A stretch of 63,893 nt of DNA, the filler included, from Octopus bimaculoides (lineage: Eukaryota), in the NCBI RefSeq assembly GCF_001194135.2. It is 4 parts of 3 records of this genome, joined end to end, with 100 filler letters (N's around TTAATTAATTAA, not from the genome) between each part and the next. Parts side by side here need not be neighbours in the genome. Positions count along the whole stretch, not along the records: positions 26,741 to 45,930 come from NC_068985.1; positions 46,031 to 58,243 come from NC_068989.1; 2 more parts are not named here. One strand, given 5' to 3'. The notes beneath the pieces are model-generated. The model ran no database searches and was not told the DNA's origin. It saw nothing but the letters and a program-made list of their open reading frames with translations. Positions 35,838 through 49,200 of this stretch are shown here, piece by piece. Positions within the stretch are counted from its first letter, which is position 1; every line of letters begins with the position of its first letter. Position numbers and translations under genes: made by a program.

Positions 35838-37379
35838 NNNNNNNNNNTGTGTGTGTGTGTGTGTGTGTATACCTATATTGATACATATTGTCTCTCTGAC
35901 ACGCGCTTATGTACATATAAATATATATATATATATATACACGTATGTATGTATGTATGTATATATATATACATATATTTATGCATATTGTCTCTCTGAC
36001 ACACTCATATGTACATACATACACATACACATATATAATTTACAATTCAGTCAGCGTGTGGGTGTTGCAAAATACGTTAGAATACAACACTAAATTTGAT
36101 GCATAACCTTAGTGCCATATTAATACAATGTTATTCAGAATAATTTAATTAAGTAGAATGTCAAGGCATGCACAATACAATATATATCGTGTATTTCCCC
36201 GACACATACGTGTTTCTTGAAGGTGCATGTACTACGCAAAGAAAATCTTCAGCCGCAAGTTATATCAAATATTTTCAAAGTTAACTATATTATATGTAGC
36301 CGTATTACAGGATATATAAACCACGAATTGTAAATATTAATTTGAAATGTCTCAGAATTCAAATCTTTCCCCCTATGGCGTAGAATATCATCTAAACTAA
36401 AGCGCTTCACCAGGTATAAATCTAAATTATACTTGGAGCAACAGTTATAAATATTTTCACTAAATAAATTATGAATATATTTTAATGCAGATTCTAGAAG
36501 AGAGCTGCATAAACTAATATCTAGAACGTCATGAAGTAATAAAGAAGTTTACTGAATAATAATTTCTGTAAGCATATATTCAAAATTAAACTCATAGTGT
36601 ATAACCGAGAAAGGTTTAAAATTCTGGTAGAGAGATGTACTAATAAATCATATGGATTATATATTATTCAGTAGCAACACGACTATTCAAAACGATAGGA
36701 CTCTTACTACTCGGACACGTCTGAACATAATTATGCTTGAGAGATAATGAATGTTATGATAACAAAAATGGTGATAACAACAGAAAAACCGCTTCTTTAC
36801 TGAAACATTAGACAATAAGATGGATAACAAACGTCATTTCTTAGTATATATGTTCATATATTATATATTTGATATTATTTGGGTCATAACTTCATAGTGT
36901 CTTTTTCCAAAGCTTCATTTCGTGTATCGGATACCAGATGCTACTATACTGAAGCTTTCTCATTTTGCTGGAAATATATATGGAAATTTTTAAGTAGCCG
37001 TAAAGTATATACAAAAGAATTCCAACACAAGTTGGATTGAACAGGCTTTATTCCAAATCACTACAATTGTTTTAGTTCACCATTATCAGCTGGGAATTGC
37101 TGAATATTGCATATATTATACACATTATTGAACTTTGAGTTTACATAACCATACAATGCATACTTAAAACCGTATAACGCTTGATGGGAATAAAACACAG
37201 AAATAATATTATGCAATACTAACATCATTAACAAGCAGTCTGACTGGCTGGTTTTTGGAATTTGGGAGAAACGCATGAAGCATAGCATGAAGCATAACAT
37301 GATAACAATCATTTATTTACTTATACATGTATTTATTGAGGGATGTTTTTTTAATTTTCACTATTCGTATAATTATGAA

Positions 37380-37590
37380 GGCGGCGAGCTTGTAGAACCG
37401 CCAGCACACCGGACAAAATACTTAGCGGCATTTCATCCGCATTTGCGTTCTGAGTTCAAATGCCGTCGAGGTTGAATGATTTTCATCCTTTCCAGGTTGA
37501 AATAAATACCAGTTGAGCCCTGGGGGCGACCTAATCGACTAGACCCTTTCCCCAAAATGTAGGCACTCGTGCCTATATTAAAAATTATTA
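37380..37590 (+). mobile_element. SINE family A, type-I tail
   Basis: ggcggcgagcttgtagaaccg…ttctgagttcaaatg…ctaatcgactag. Confidence 0.85.
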
Positions 37591-37604
37591 TTAGTATGAT
37601 TATG

Positions 37605-37927
37605 TGGAGACGCGTGGTCTAGTGGTTCGGTTATTCGGCGTACGATCATAAGCACATTATTTCGATTCCTGGCGGGACGCTATGACTATGAGTGATTCAT
37701 TTTATTTCACATTGTTCTAGTTTACTCACCTGGCAAAATTAAGTTGTAATTGTATTTCAAAGTGCCAGCCTTGTCACCTTATGTGTCACGCTGAATCTCC
37801 CCAAGAACTGCATTAAGGTTATATGTGTCTGTGGAGCGTTCAGCCACTTGCACGCTAAGTTCAGAAGCAAGCTATTCCGTTGATCGAGTCAACTGGAACT
37901 CTCGTCGTCCTAGCCGGCGGAGTGTCA
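37605..37927 (+). mobile_element. SINE family C, diverged
   Basis: tRNA-like head (gtggtctagtgg…ttcgattcc); 3' half ccagccttgtcac…gctgaatctcccc…tgtggagcgttcagccacttgcac is shared with the copy at 60012. Confidence 0.85.
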
Positions 37928-38814
37928 CATTACTATGATTAGATTGTTGTCTGTAAAATGAAGTAATTTCATAAAGTTATTTCGTTAATTATGTAATTTC
38001 ATGAATTTAATTCATTAACAGTGCGACAACTATAAGATGAATACATTCACCATGGCATTCTCATATAAATCTAGTTACAAGATCCAGTTATGGAATGAAT
38101 ATTGCGTGTAATTTCTATAGTAGCATTATTATACGTGAAAGGACATATCATGATATATAACAATTAGTAAGACAGAACGAAGGAACATAATAAGGTTACC
38201 TCATAGCATTATATTTATTGTTTGATTATTAACTCACAATTGTATATGAATAGATACAACTAAGGAAGAAAGCGTTTATTATCATTGAAAGATACACAAA
38301 AACATTAGACTGATATGTGTGAGTCTGTGTTTAGATATACGTTTGTATACGTAAATGAATGTGTTGGTGCGTGTTTTTGTGTGTGTGAGTGCGTGTGTGT
38401 GTGTGAGTGCGTGTGTGTGTGAGCGTGTGTTTGTTTGTTTGTTTGTATAAGTGTTCGTGCAAATAAATTTTGATAGTTCGATAGCCTCTCGTCATGATTT
38501 ATTTAGCAGCTGGGATAAATGCTCCGATAGTAAAATTAAGCCAGCAAGCTGACACGATTTGGTCTTTTGCTATGTTATGGTAGTCAGCATGTGGCACGGA
38601 TTTCATTTGAAGTGGAACGTTAGCAGTCACAAGGGACATGACATTACTAAAGTTTATCATTTTATGACATTATTTATTTGAATAGACTAAGCGGAGAAAG
38701 AACACACACCAAGTAGGAGATATCACTGAAGAGGTCTCAGATATATGATTTCCGGACAATGGTGTTGTTAAAATAAGAACAGTAATAAACGAGTTAAAAT
38801 AAGGTAAAAAAAAC

Positions 38815-39395
38815 AAAAACTTAGATATGCTTCGACCAAAGATTGGTCTAGGCCATGTCTAACTTAATAGCACCACTTGATAGGATTATCTAAATCCTTT
38901 TTACAGCCAAGTTTTGTCTATGGTCCATTCAAGTAGTGAGTTCTTATTGAGTGAGTTGTACCCAGGTATGGGTGGCTTGTCTGGTATTTTTGAAGAAAAC
39001 TGTCTAGACTCCGTTTCGGGACAATGTTAAACAGGGCAGGGCCTGTTGAGGAAAAGAAATTATGCCGCAATGTACCTGTATGTTGTGATCCTGAATTGGG
39101 CAGAGGACGTATGTTTCGTGGTCCCAGCCTTGGATGAACCTTGAAACTAATGTTCAGGTCGTTTGGGCAATGCTGGCGGTTTATTTTCCACATCGTACAA
39201 ATTATGTACTGCGCGCGGCGGCGCTGGAGAGAGTAGACATTCAAGGCTTTAAGGCGGTCCCAGTAATCAAGATCAGTCATGCCTTCAATTCGTTTAGTAA
39301 GTGCCCTCTGGGGTGATTCAATCCTCGAGATGCTTTGTTTTGTATGGGGAGAACTCAAGGGCCAGCAGTATTCGACGTGTGGCCGTACAAAGGAG
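38815..39395 (-). mobile_element. CR1-clade LINE, 3' fragment
   Basis: SFVRPHVEYCW…SPHTKQSISRIESPQRALTKRIEGMTDLDYWDRLKALNVYSLQRRR…GPALFNIVP. Confidence 0.88.
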
Positions 39396-40306
39396 GAGAA
39401 AAGTGGAATGAGTTAAAAAAATAAGAACAATAATAAACGAATGAAGAACCAATATATAATGCGTGTGTTTATTAGGCAAAGAAAAAAAAAGAAAAAACAA
39501 TCGTCCCGAAATACAACTATATCTGTTTCAAAACACGGTTTCCCATCAGGAATCTTGCCGCACAAACTCATAAACGTTATGTTCATTTATATTCCAAAAA
39601 GGCGAGACAAGTCTGTGTTTAAAGGATGAANNNNNNNNNNNNNNNNNNNNNNNNNNNNNNNNNNNNNNNNNNNNNNNNNNNNNNNNNNNNNNNNNNNNNN
39701 NNNNNNNNNNNNNNNNNNNNNNNNNNNNNNNNNNNNNNNNNNNNNNNNNNNNNNNNNNNNNNNNNNNNNNNNNNNNNNNNNNNNNNNNNNNNNNNNNNNN
39801 NNNNNNNNNNNNNNNNNNNNNNNNNNNNNNNNNNNNNNNNNNNNNNNNNNNNNNNNNNNNNNNNNNNNNNNNNNNNNNNNNNNNNNNNNNNNNNNNNNNN
39901 NNNNNNNNNNNNNNNNNNNNNNNNNNNNNNNNNNNNNNNNNNNNNNNNNNNNNNNNNNNNNNNNNNNNNNNNNNNNNNNNNNNNNNNNNNNNNNNNNNNN
40001 NNNNNNNNNNNNNNNNNNNNNNNNNNNNNNNNNNNNNNNNNNNNNNNNNNNNNNNNNNNNNNNNNNNNNNNNNNNNNNNNNNNNNNNNNNNNNNNNNNNN
40101 NNNNNNNNNNNNNNNNNNNNNNNNNNNNNNNNNNNNNNNNNNNNNNNNNNNNNNNNNNNNNNNNNNNNNNNNNNNNNNNNNNNNNNNNNNNNNNNNNNNN
40201 NNNNNNNNNNNNNNNNNNNNNNNNNNNATATATATACATCCATAGAAACATAAATACATTCATACATACTCACATACATACATAAGTATACAGACACACA
40301 CACACA

Positions 40307-40349
<43 letters not shown>

Positions 40350-43300
40350 ACGGATATATACATATATGAATCTTTTTCAGAGACTATTCTTTGATTGAAA
40401 ATTCAGTTCAACATTACAATGTTCCCGACGATATTTGATGCTACAACATTGCTAAATCGTGTCTTCGACAATGGCTTCTGGTTCTCTGATACCATCTAAA
40501 TGAAATGTGTTAGTCAAAAATTTATTGAAACCGTCATATTCACATACAGCTACACACACATACATGCACACACCTATGCACACATACGTACACACACACA
40601 CACACACACACAGACGCCACAGACGCACGCAAGCACACACACACAAACACATACATACACATCGTGGATTGAGACATTTACATTTCGCGATCTTTCCTCA
40701 TTTGTGAAACTGAATAAATTATATCATTCATAAGATAAACTCAACAAACTTCGACTTTACTGTCAACGAGTCCTTCGTAAAAATATGATTGATACGTTGT
40801 CTATATTTAGAGGAATATTCATTTAATCTTTAACTGTTATGTCGGCCTATACGTAACATAGACACACGCACGAATATGTGAGCATGTGTAAGCATATATA
40901 TATATATTTCTACATATACGTATCTGAATATATTTGTGATTTGTACACGGTTGAGTGTGTATGTTTCTGTATATGTTCATTTATTGTTAGAATGTATATT
41001 TAAAATCTTGTAATATATTCGTTCATTAGACATTTATTTAATGTCCCCGCATTTAAATTGGTTCAGTCCGTAAATGAATGTGACATTTCTGATTTGAAAA
41101 TTCTCTATTTACAAAACCTTTCTATAACTTCGTTATAGTTCATTTTCAGTGAAAAAAAATAGAAAAACATGATTAAATATAACCAGCGTCTAGCTTCTTT
41201 AATTTGGATCAATTTGCCAAGTCAATAAAGAACATTGCATTTCCATTAGTATTTATATATCAGTAAAGACCAGATATGAGAATTTCATGTAAATTCAAGT
41301 TGCCATCAACGAAGTTATCTCGATTCATTAGATTTTCAAGAGTAGCGGAACCATTAAATTCAGAGTAATTCTAAAATTATAATTTTCGCTTGCAAGAGAT
41401 CTCTTGACGTCCGGAGTACACAACACAAACAAAAAAATCTCTCCACAAAATAAAATACAATATAAATGCCAATAGGTGTGCTGCAAACTAAGAAAAAATA
41501 AATAGAAGAGATACGATATATACCTGTTCATCATACTTGCCAATATTCCTTTACGCCCGTCATAAAATAATTCTGTGTTTTATATGTATAATGTTATGTA
41601 TTTATTATGCTACACAAATTTGGTGCATAAATTGCAGATGACAATATATATCACGGAACTTAAAATATGCGGATGACATAACCAGAAAAATGATATCTTT
41701 CATTGGCCACAGGGGTATAGATAAAAATAATAATGGCAGTAACATGATCGGCTATGATTTTAATCATCCTGTAGTTTATTCATAGACGACATATTTTTTT
41801 TTCCTTTCTGTTCTCTTGCGCAACTGAAATTGTTGCTTCCATGTTTACTTTTTTCATTCAGAAATTCTTATTTAAATATTATTTGATTTTACATGGCGCC
41901 TCTTGATATACTAAGAGAACGAATGATAAAGAGAGAAAACATCGAAATATCTGAAACAATTTTCTTCCATAACAAATAATTTTCTGCAACAAAGCAATTG
42001 TGTTTCGGAAGGCTTGCAATTTTACCGCACTTCTGAAAGCAGATCGTGGCAGCACTGATGATATTATGATTACCAGTAGTATTTTCAATGAAATCAGCAA
42101 CCTCAGTAGCAGAAACAAACACATAGATTTTGAAGGAAACGTCATCGACAATAATAAGAGAAAGTCAGTATGTGCAGCGAATGTCAATACTAACACTTCC
42201 TTTGCATTGAACCGACTATTGTAAATTCCTGTACCCAGTGGCATGCTAGAAATAAGAGTAATAGCAATAAAAACATCAAGAAAATTTAGCAACAAAAACA
42301 ACACTGCCCCAGTTACTGCACTCAGAAACACTGCAAATAACGATACTAACAACATTATAAATGTGAAATCCTCATTTAAAAGTGATCAGTACAGAGTCCT
42401 GAAATTTCCTCGTTAGTATTCAGTAATCTGACACCATTTGCAACAGATGAAAACCTGTATTGCCTTGTGCAAAACACCTTCTAAAAGACGATCTATTGAA
42501 CTACAGGTGAAGATGAGCCACGTACAATTGCAAATGCAAGTCCCAGTTCCTAAATCGGCGCAGGCAAGTAAAGACACTTAATGAGTAAAAGTTATATTGT
42601 GTCATCCCCAATTAAACATAGAGAATCTACAGTGCACTGGAGCGCCTACATCATAGTCGAGAAAAGGCGATGAGCAATATCTCCACAGTTGCATTTACAA
42701 TGTTTTCTGTAGGTCGATTTAAGTTCCGTTTAGTTTTTAAGAAATATCGAGTATTAAAAATCGTGGGTCATAGTGCTGGATGTGCCACAGGAGATGATAA
42801 TGTTGGTGACAAACAATATAATGGAATGGTCAATAAATGGCATAAGTTGAAGGTGATGCGATCAAGTTTAACTCACTAGTATTTGAACATCTTGGTAAGA
42901 TCTCCTGGCCATTCTTGAATCAGAAATGAACAGGTAGAAAGGACACAAATGCTACAAGCTAGAAGAACGAAGCAGTTGATGCTTTTCTGTATTTGGAGCC
43001 AAAGAACTCATAACATACCTACTGCAACAGCAGTACACACACATGCTAAATATCATCATTACTACTTGAATCGGTAACAATGTCTCTTGCTAAACAAGAC
43101 ACTTCCGTCATATTGTCGGTCGGGTTGCTTTCTGAGAGCATCGTCTTTTTATCCCCTTTTGGTCGGCTTCTACCGATCAGCATAGCAGTTGTTTTATCTC
43201 TGTCTTTTTCAAGGTTGCATGTAATATCTCTTGATTGTTATGGATACACGCATCTCGCTTTGGTACTAACAGATTACACTGAATAATTACACACACACAT

Positions 43301-43429
43301 GAGGTATGGGTAGTGGTCTTCCTGAGAAAGAAGCGTACAATGAGGATATACTATCCTCTACCGTCCTGAAAGAATGAATGAAAATTGCCACCTAGTTTCA
43401 GTATCTGTCACTGGAGACCAAAAATATAT

Positions 43430-43630
43430 GCAGCGAGCTGGGAGAATCGTTAGGATGTCGGACATAGTATTTAGCAACAGGTTTTCTAGTGTTAACTTCT
43501 GAGTTCACATTCAACCAAGTCTGACTTGAATTGTCATTCTTTTGGAGGAATTTTAAAATAACTGCCAAAGTCAGTGTAATCGAGTAATCTCTTCTCAACA
43601 AATTTCAGACCTTGTGCATATAGCAGAAAA
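43430..43630 (+). mobile_element. SINE family A, very diverged
   Basis: gcgagctgggagaatcgttag…ttctgagttcacattc…aaatttcagaccttgtgcatatag. Confidence 0.65.
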
Positions 43631-44217
43631 AGTATATCGTAGTCCATCGATATCTACTTTGTGGTGGATTTGTGGTTAAAATAATTATCCTTCATCTTCT
43701 TTTGCGTTGTAAATGTAATTTATGTAAGATACTGCATAATGTAATCTAAATGCAATATCATCTTCCTTGGTTTCATTTCTGTTTAGTTTCGCCAATCTGT
43801 TCCCCCACCCAATTACGAATATAATAACTTGTTACTTGTACTTCTAAATAATTGATTCCTATTATCTCATTTTTCTGCATGTATCTTTGTTTTAAGTATT
43901 AATATATGCATTTGTAATACTAATTCATCCCATCATCTTCATTATTGTTGTTGTTGCTATTACTGCTCATTGCCTGAGCTTTATAATTAGAAACAATTAG
44001 AGAGCAAAGAGTAAATTGTTCAAGATTAACAAGGATGTTCATAGTTCAGAAAGATTTTGTAAATATGCAGGAAAAGTGTTTTAATTAAGGAAACAATACC
44101 CAGTGGAAACTATGCATAAATATTCAGTATTATTAATAATATTCATTATTAGCAACATTCAAGTTTGAAGTCGATATTCATAGCGAACAAAATATTCAAT
44201 ATTCTTACTATTGTCAA

Positions 44218-44640
44218 GGCGGTGAGATGGTAGAAACATTAGCACGCCGGGCGAAATGTTTAGCGGTATATCGTCTGCCTTTATGTTCAAATTTCGCCGA
44301 GGTCGATTTTGCCTTTCATCCTTTCGACGTCGATAAATTAAGTACCAGTTACGCACTGGGGTCGATATAATCGACTTAATCCCTTTGTCTGTCGTTGTTT
44401 GTCCCCTCTATGTTTAACCCCTTATGGCCTATAAGGAAATAAGAAACGTTGGCATGCCGGGCGGAATACTTAGCGGTATTTCGTCTCTCTTTACGTTCTG
44501 AGTTCAAATTCCGCCGAGATCGACTTTGCCCTTTATGCTTTCGGGATCCATAAATTAATTACCAGTTGCGTACTGGGGTCGATCTAATCGACTGGCCCCC
44601 TCCCTCAAAATGTCGGGCCTTGTGCCTTGAGTAGAAAATA
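44218..44640 (+). mobile_element. Dimeric SINE A (type-II monomer fused to a head-clipped type-I monomer)
   Basis: Tail …ataaggaaataa runs directly into gaaacgttggcatgccgggcg at about 44443. Confidence 0.85.
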
Positions 44641-46111
44641 ATTTGTGCCAGTAAATGGAATATACAAACGGCTCCCGTCTAAGACATTAATTAATCAATG
44701 CATAATTGAAAGGAGACTAAGATGTGAAATGGAAAGCATTTTAGAGCACCACGTCTTGCCAGCCAAATGACAGTAGATGTTTCCTGACAGTACTGATTGT
44801 GTTTCCTGTATGGAAGACTATATCAATTTGTTTTTTGTTTCTTAAAATGGTAGAATGTGGTTTGTGAGATGTTCAAATACTGTTCCTAATTTTTCCTTTA
44901 ACATCTTATAAAATCCTTTTTTGTTTGTATTAATAAATACATCATGACATTGTTGTTATTCTATGCTATCGTATTTTATATCTTATTCTTCTCAGAATAG
45001 CTTGTTGAATCCTTTGTTTTCCAGTTCTGAAAATGTGTTTGGAAGTAAAAGTATATCACACAAGCACGTTTTTAATGTTAAAGAAACTAATCACCTATTT
45101 TAATAACGTTATCTACAATATTGGTATTATTATTGTCAATCTCTTCCTGCTCGAGTAGGATAATGGTTAACGGCTGACAACCCATCCATGATCACCCTGT
45201 AAGTTCTTACAGCCAACGCAACATTAGCCTAAATAGGATGCATATATTTTCAAGACGGTAGCGTATTATCGGATTGAAGTTTAGTTACTTAAACAGTGCG
45301 TGTAGACATATCGACTTCCAACACTCAATAATTTCATTCTTTCGTGCGAGTGTTCTTATAGTTTAGATTTTGTAAAATTTAATCTTTCTAAGTGTTTCGT
45401 TTCTGTAGGGTTATTTTCATCTCGTTAATATGTATTTAAAATCTTGGATTTTCTAACATAATTATGAACTCAAAGTCAAACGATTTTGAGAGGATGGCTC
45501 GAAAGATGAGAACATGTGTCGAAAGACATGTAATTCAAGCAGTTCAATATCATCTCTTCAAATAGAGAATTTATTCAAGGCTACTACACTTAAATAATTT
45601 CAGCTGAACAATTGACTATGATAAATATCGTACAGAATCCATTACTAATCGCTCCTTAAACAGGCCTCCACCCTGCAGATATATTCATAAACGTAGATAG
45701 ATTTATGTAGGCGGAAGAAAAATCTGAATTTCTATACATGTCGTGGTATGTATATTGCATTTAATTATGCATACCTTCTCTTAATAGATAATTTATATGC
45801 TCACCATTTTTAGGAAACATGCCAAGCCTATGAAAATTTGAACAATTAAGAGAATATTCTTAACAATTGTTGTGGCTGTTTGGCAAGAAGCTTGCTTCTC
45901 TTAAAATCCGTGTTGCTTTTTGGGATTATANNNNNNNNNNNNNNNNNNNNNNNNNNNNNNNNNNNNNNNNNNNNTTAATTAATTAANNNNNNNNNNNNNN
46001 NNNNNNNNNNNNNNNNNNNNNNNNNNNNNNATATATATTAGGTCCTCCTATAAATAAAGATGCCACCCGGTTGTGTGGTATTTATTTCACAATAAAGCTG
46101 ATATTTATATA

Positions 46112-47250
46112 TACAGGGTGCGATGTGTAAATTGTCGCCGTTTTAGAGTTTTCATTTCACGTATGCGCATTGTCTGTTTTTGTTTTTGTCGACTACACAG
46201 TATAGTAGGGTAGTTAGGCACCGTCTGTAATAAAAACCGCACCATGATACAACAATTCACTCTGCCAGAAATTCGGAAATGACATGCTGTACTGCTTGGT
46301 ATTCGCACCAAAGATCCAATACGAAAATTTCAGAGTGTTTGCGTGTCAATCTGAGGATGGTGCGAAGGATTTGGAAGGAGTTGGATGAGTCTAATAGTGG
46401 TTAAGAAGGTACGGCAGCTCGGAAAGCTCACTTTGTTAGTTCTGAGGAGAAAAGAACTCTTGAATTTGTTAGTGATATCTATGCCATGAATGAAAATGAT
46501 CCCTCCAAGTCAATCAGGTCCATCGCCAGGGATATGAGAATGTGGGAACTTCTTATCAGGAAAGTAGTGCACGAAGACATTGGGTATTCCTCATACAAGA
46601 TGAGGAAGGGCCAATTTTTATCTCAAGCCATCAAGGTCAAGAAGAAAGACCACACTATAAGCTTTTGAACATCCCTTCCATCTGAACATGCTTTGGTTTT
46701 TCTCAGACGAGAAAATGTCTACCAGGATTAGATGGTTAACACACAGAATAACCGTTGACTCATCGTATCCTCAAAACATGTACGAAGAGTGATAAAAATA
46801 AAACATCTAGTGAACATCGTGTTCTTTCGAGTGATCACTAGCGAGCGGACGTTATGCCTCCGTTCATCTTCCCACACGGTCTCAGACACAACACGGAGGC
46901 CTACATGAAATTCTTGGAGGAGGTAGTGCTGCCCTGGGTCAAGAGGAAGGCTGGTGGAAGACCCTATGTCTGGCAACAGGACCCAGTCATCGCTGTCAGA
47001 CTATTTCTGGGACCACATCATCCCTAACATCTGACCATCTAGCTCTCCACACTGCAAACCCCTCGATTATTATGTATGGGGCACAGTTGAGCGAGAGACC
47101 AACAAAACTCCTAACACCAAAGATTAACAAAAAGCAAGGATTACGTCAATATTGACAAGGAGAACGTGCAGAAGAGTTGCAGGAGATTCCAAAGTCATCT
47201 GGAGGCCAATGGCGATTTTATTGAATAAATTTACTCTTGAGTATTTCAAG
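46112..47250 (+). pseudogene. Tc1/mariner DDxD transposase pseudogene (maT/DD37D-like)
   Basis: TA+CAGGGTG left end; WFFSDEK, MPPFIFPHGL, EEVVLPWVKR.AGGRPYVWQQD, (W)PSSSPHCKPLDYYVWG. A deletion after the second D prevents counting the spacing; right TIR absent. Confidence 0.85.
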
Positions 47251-47251
47251 A

Positions 47252-47896
47252 GATGATAGGCGTCCCATCAGCACACACACCACACCCCATCACACAGTTC
47301 AGTGACTCCGTTGATGAGCCCTTAGACGACTTTTAAGATCAGCTGCTAACTGACAGGGTTTAAAACACAAGGGACAGTTATTATTCAAGTTTCTTCTGTA
47401 TCTTTGCACTTTGTTATCTGATGAATGTTTGTGTGAACTAGTATATGTCTTTTTAGTACAGATATTGTCTTAAAAGTATTTTGACATATGACACAAGTCG
47501 TTAGAGGGGGTTGGTATCCAAGATCATTCCCTATCTTAGCAGTCAAGTAGGAATGTTTCATACCAGATACAGAGGTTTTATGCATGGCACGTTGCAGCTC
47601 AATTGAACATGCTACCTTCGCTTAAATGAGATGGACTGGACATATTATTAGAATGAAAGACGAGCGTTTGCCAAAGCGTCTTTTTTATGGTGAACTCAAC
47701 TCTGGTAAGTGTCCACAACCTAAGCCGAGGAAAAAGTATAAAGACTGCGTGAAGGAAAACCTGAAGAAACTAGATATGAACAAAAGTGATGATGCTCTAG
47801 ATCGGAACAAGTGGAGAGGTACTGTTAGGACTGGTTGCAATGCCTGGGAGGAAAAGATGATTCAGTACTCCGAACGTAAAAAGCATGTCGCAAAGG

Positions 47897-47900
<4 letters not shown>
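47252..47900. mobile_element. RTE-BovB-like LINE with 5' inversion: 47599-47900 (+) and 47606-47252 (-)
   Basis: Plus strand: RWTGHIIRMKDERLPKRLFYGEL…KPRKKYKD. Minus strand: CVICQNTFKTISVLKRHILVH and CPLCFKPCQLAADLKSRLRAH, then 3' UTR and atcatc. Confidence 0.8.
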
Positions 47901-47960
<60 letters not shown>

Positions 47961-47994
47961 TAGTTGAATAAAGTTACAACATGGTCTGATTGAC

Positions 47995-48986
47995 AACAAT
48001 TGTCATCAAACAAATGGATAAAGTTTGTGCCATTGATGGATACGGAATATTACCGGGATCTAGCTGAAGATCATTTGAAGTATAAACATTCTACCGTGAA
48101 ATACCTTCAAATATTGACCACTGCGTCATGAAGAAACACAATTATTTAGTCTTAAAACATTATAACCCCTAATGAAAGGGACTATATTAACGATTTTGAG
48201 TCGAAATCAAGCCACTTGTATGGCTTACCTAAAAAATATAAGTCAAAAGAAATACAAAACGCTATAAAGGAACAAAATAGTGAATACATAAATCTGCTAC
48301 AATTAAACGACCAGTATAGCTGGTCCAGCCTGCCGCATATATCGTCTGAGCAACCACTTTGACATTATCCTAAAACGACTCATTCGGGACGATATCTGCC
48401 CAAAACAACAGAATTCAAATTATTGTTAGTTTTGATGTAAACAAAACTTATATACGAACATTTCACATGATTTGGGAATTACTGCCATAAAATATTGGGT
48501 CAAGAAATATAGAGATGTGATCCCCAGTATATTTACTGTAACCTTTATACTAGACGCGGGCAGCTTCATCCCCGAAAACAATATATTCCTTTTCAACGCA
48601 AAAAAACTACCTCCAAATTCAAGGTACAGCTATGGGGATGCGATTTGTTCCAGCTTTCGCGAATTCAGTATTGGGATATTCTGAACAAAAGTTATATAAA
48701 TAAATAGAAGAAAACTACGGCATGATCATTAGAAAACATATAGAGGACACATGGAAAGATACTTCAATGATTTTTTTCTTAATTTGGATCAAACCTCTAG
48801 AAAATCCGGAAGAATTCAGCACCCTCCACAACAATCTACATCCTAGTCTCAAATTCACAAGAGAAATAAACAACACACAATTACTATTTCTTGACATAAT
48901 GGTAATTAAAAACAACACCACAATCACAACCGATATTTATTACAAAAGCACAGAAACACACTAGTACCTAAATTTCAAATGTTGCC
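47995..48986 (+). mobile_element. Penelope-like element RT remnant
   Basis: IVIKQMDK, HDLGITAIKYW, YLQIQGTAMG, NNLHPSLKFTREINNTQLLFLDIMVIK…TDIYYKSTETH*YLNF; ends at a gap. Confidence 0.88.
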
Positions 48987-49107
48987 NNNNNNNNNNNNNN
49001 NNNNNNNNNNNNNNNNNNNNNNNNNNNNNNNNNNNNNNNNNNNNNNNNNNNNNNNNNNNNNNNNNNNNNNNNNNNNNNNNNNNTATATATATATATATAT
49101 ATATATG

Positions 49108-49200
49108 CTTACTATAGGTTCAGGCTAACCAAAATCTTGCGAGTGGATTTCGTACTCGGAAACCGAAAGAAGACTGTCGTATATATGTGTATATTTGTAT
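49108..49200 (+). mobile_element. SINE family B, internal fragment
   Basis: actatagg…gagtggatttcgtactcggaaaccgaaagaagactgtcgtatat. Confidence 0.7.

Noticed and set aside
42470-42580. GPCR-like SLLACADLG…SSIDRLL on the minus strand
   Set aside because: TM2-to-DRY spacing is about half the normal length and the frame is bounded by stops; kept only as part of the unexplained island.
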